This document shows, in pieces, positions 61,539-64,000 of a DNA stretch of 64,000 nt. The notes under the pieces were generated by a model. It was not told the origin of the DNA and ran no database searches. It worked only from the letters and a program-made list of their open reading frames with translations. Origin of the DNA: Syntrophales bacterium. GTDB taxonomy: Bacteria > Desulfobacterota > Syntrophia > Syntrophales > UBA2210. The first letter of the stretch is position 1. The number at the start of each line of letters is the position of its first letter. A program made the position numbers and the translations under genes. Location: positions 1,280,001 through 1,344,000 of the forward strand of contig CAXXNF010000002.1 of assembly GCA_963666365.2 (NCBI GenBank), read 5' to 3'.

Positions 61539-61581
61539 TCTTGTCGAAGGACGTCACTTTTTAATGAGAGGGGACGCTGAC

Positions 61582-62076
61582 ATGACCGGAGCATCATTTC
61601 TGCACAGAGGGGGCCTTCTGTTTATCCTGACGGTCCTTTCAATGGCACTTGGCTGTGTCGGCGTTTTTCACTCTCTCAGATCAGCGACCGTGACCATAAG
61701 CGACCTGCGTGTAGTGGAAGTGCGCCCCTTCGAAACGGAATTACTGGTGCATCTCAGGATCATCAATCCCAGCGAACTTCCCTGCACAGTAGAGGGAATT
61801 GCCTGCACTCTGTCGCTGAACGACCGTAAATTCGGCACAGGCGTGGCAAAAATTACGCAAACGATCCCTGCATACGACACGGCTCTGGTTCCTGTAGTGG
61901 TCTATTCTTCAATGATCGATCTGATGCGGGGATTTCTGAAACTTCGTGAACAGGACCAGTGTTCTTACAAGATTGAGGGATCCTTGCGGATTGCCGCAGG
62001 CGATTCCCTTCCTTCTCATATCGCTTTTGTAAATGAAGGAACCCTGGACGTGAAAAGACTGAAAGGAATACAGTAA
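61582..62076 (+). CDS. LEA type 2 / WHy-domain protein (possible lipoprotein)
   Basis: ALGC lipobox-like, LRIINPSE.P, FGTGV. Confidence 0.75.
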   Translation: MTGASFLHRGGLLFILTVLSMALGCVGVFHSLRSATVTISDLRVVEVRPFETELLVHLRIINPSELPCTVEGIACTLSLNDRKFGTGVAKITQTIPAYDTALVPVVVYSSMIDLMRGFLKLREQDQCSYKIEGSLRIAAGDSLPSHIAFVNEGTLDVKRLKGIQ

Positions 62077-62139
62077 CCAGCGTTGACTGCCTGTTACCTT
62101 CATTGAAAAAACAGACAAAAAGAGAAAGAGGAAAAAGAG

Positions 62140-63807
62140 ATGGACTATCGACCCTGGCATGATCACTATGACTATTGCGTGCCGCCCACAACCCGGTATC
62201 CGCGCCTGGCCGTTCACGAGCTCCTCCAGGTGCCTGCCAATGCCTACCCCGACAAGGAAGCGCTTATCTTTGAGGGAACAACCATTACGTTCTGGCAGTT
62301 GCGCGAGCTTGTGCTTCGCATGGGGAATGCTCTCGGCTCGCTCGGCATAAAAAAAGGTGATCGTGTAGGAATACATTTGCCGACCTGTCCTCAATATGCC
62401 ATTGCCTATTATGCGGTTTTCTCGCTGGGCGCAATTGTCGTGAACCTCAACCCGATCTACACGGCGGATGAACTCACGGGAACTGTCAGTGCCACCGAGC
62501 CGGTTGCGCTTATCACCATCGACACTTCACTTCCCGTTATCAGAACACTTTTAAAGAAAACGAACATCCCTCTCATTGTCGTCACCCGCCTGGAGGATTT
62601 TTCCGGTCATGCAGAGAAGCGAACTGTGAAAGCGCCCGATCTTGATGACGGATGGCTCCATTTCTCGACCCTTCTCGAAGCAGCATCGAACAGAGGCCTT
62701 CCACGCACACACATCGCACCGGACGATCCCGCCCTTATCCAGTTCACGGGAGGCACCACGGGCATTCCGAAAGGCGCCGTCCTCACCCATGCAAATCTGA
62801 TTGCAGCAACATTTCAATATTATTTGTGGCTCGGGCCGATTTTTCAGATGTTTCCCGCAGAACGCCGTTCGACGCTTCTTGTCCTCCCCCTTTTCCACGT
62901 ATACGGAAATCTGATATTGAACGGATCCATCCTCGCATGCTGCACCCAGATCCTGATGCCGCGATTCCAGATCGACGAAGTAATGGAAACAATGGCGGGC
63001 TTTCCGGAGATAACCACCTTTCCCGCTGTCCCGACCATGATTACGGCACTACTCAACCATTCCCGCACTGAGGAGCTTGCCCTGGGAAAAAAGCTGGGAC
63101 TGCTGGGGTCAGGCGGTGCGCCGCTCCCTGTCTCGCTCATCGAACAGATCATGGACCTGGGGATCTTTTACCAGGAAGGCGCCGGCATGACGGAAACAGC
63201 CGCCATGGGTCATCTGTTGCCTGTCATGGGAATGAAAAAACCGGGAAGCATCGGACTCCCCGCCCCCGACATGGATGCCCGCCTCGTCGATCTCGTCGAT
63301 GGCATAGAGGATGTGCGCCAGGGGGAACCGGGTGAAATCATTTTCAAAGGACCGAACATCACGAAAGGGTACTGGGAAAATCCCGAAGAAACGGCCGGTC
63401 AGATACGGGACGGGTGGCTTTACACCGGTGACATTGCCGTCCGTGACGAAGACGGCTACGCCTTTATCGTGGATCGCAAAAAGGACATGATCATCGCCGG
63501 CGGCTTTAATATTTATCCCAGAGAAATCGATGAAGCCCTCTATCATCACCCGAAAGTGAAGGCCGCCGTCGCTGTGGGGATCCCCGACGAATACCGCGGA
63601 GAAACGGTCAAAGCCTTTGTGGTTCCTAAAGATGGGGAAACTTTGACCGAAGAGGAATTAAAGACCTATTGTAAAGAGAAGCTCGTCGCCTACAAGGTCC
63701 CCCGGTATTTTGAATTCAGGGACGAACTGCCCCAGTCGGCAGCGGGAAAGGTCCTCAGGAAGGTACTGAAGGATGAGGAACTCGCGAAAAAGCAGACAAA
63801 AGAATAA
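62140..63807 (+). CDS. Long-chain fatty acid-CoA ligase
   Basis: FTGGTTGIPKG, GMTET, GWLYTGD, DRKKDMII.GG.N.YP, AYKVP, GKVLR. Confidence 0.93.
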   Translation: MDYRPWHDHYDYCVPPTTRYPRLAVHELLQVPANAYPDKEALIFEGTTITFWQLRELVLRMGNALGSLGIKKGDRVGIHLPTCPQYAIAYYAVFSLGAIVVNLNPIYTADELTGTVSATEPVALITIDTSLPVIRTLLKKTNIPLIVVTRLEDFSGHAEKRTVKAPDLDDGWLHFSTLLEAASNRGLPRTHIAPDDPALIQFTGGTTGIPKGAVLTHANLIAATFQYYLWLGPIFQMFPAERRSTLLVLPLFHVYGNLILNGSILACCTQILMPRFQIDEVMETMAGFPEITTFPAVPTMITALLNHSRTEELALGKKLGLLGSGGAPLPVSLIEQIMDLGIFYQEGAGMTETAAMGHLLPVMGMKKPGSIGLPAPDMDARLVDLVDGIEDVRQGEPGEIIFKGPNITKGYWENPEETAGQIRDGWLYTGDIAVRDEDGYAFIVDRKKDMIIAGGFNIYPREIDEALYHHPKVKAAVAVGIPDEYRGETVKAFVVPKDGETLTEEELKTYCKEKLVAYKVPRYFEFRDELPQSAAGKVLRKVLKDEELAKKQTKE

Positions 63808-63830
63808 AAGTTAGAAAAAGAAATTATGAA

Positions 63831-64000
63831 ATGAAAACAGTGATGATTACTCGGCGGGATGTTAAAAAAATTTTAACTCCCGCCTTGGCAAACGAAACCG
63901 TCGAATCGGCCTTTAGAGCCTATGGGCTGGGTCAGGCCGACATGCCGGCGAAAAGTTACCTACACTTCGAGAAAGGAGATCTACGGTCTATGCCCGCGTA
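63831..64000 (+). CDS. Ornithine cyclodeaminase/mu-crystallin family, archaeal-type alanine dehydrogenase-like (truncated by window edge)
   Basis: Not in the ORF track. Manual translation MKTVMITRRDVKKIL...VESAFRAYGLGQADMPAKSYLHFEKGDLRSMPA. Confidence 0.8.
   Translation, partial: MKTVMITRRDVKKILTPALANETVESAFRAYGLGQADMPAKSYLHFEKGDLRSMPA

Overview
Bacterial chromosomal window. Gene content (acyl-CoA ligase, crotonase, DUF169, DUF6125, SmsCB, WtpABC, V/A-ATPase) suggests an anaerobic deltaproteobacterium, possibly Syntrophales-like; this is inference, not a taxonomic test. In order: (1) V/A-type ATP synthase operon G/H-C-I-K-F-E-A-B-D on the minus strand, preceded by a USP and a dodecin; (2) archaeal-type WtpABC tungstate/molybdate transporter, an Fe-S nitroreductase, a PadR with a divergent small gene, and a lone molybdenum-storage-protein (MoSto) homologue; (3) a MarR-led enoyl-CoA/flavoenzyme cluster; (4) LysM amidase, metF and tRNA-Arg(CCG); (5) an ~11 kb tRNA-anchored defence island mrr-hsdM-hsdS-rloC-rhuM-hsdR; (6) slyD interrupted by a 112-bp tandem duplication, a LUD protein, a ZnuABC-like transporter headed by an RHH/Cys-rich regulator, pilT, and larB-larE-larC with larC frameshifted; (7) housekeeping and redox genes (smsCB, purU, mdh, radical SAM, rng, CrtI-like plus FNR/2Fe-2S pair, SDRs, acyl-CoA ligase). 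Best leads: a possible single-subunit W/Mo storage protein near WtpABC, the layered RM/RloC/RhuM/Mrr island, a candidate RHH-type metal sensor, and two candidate structured RNAs. All family calls come from motif recognition; no searches were run.
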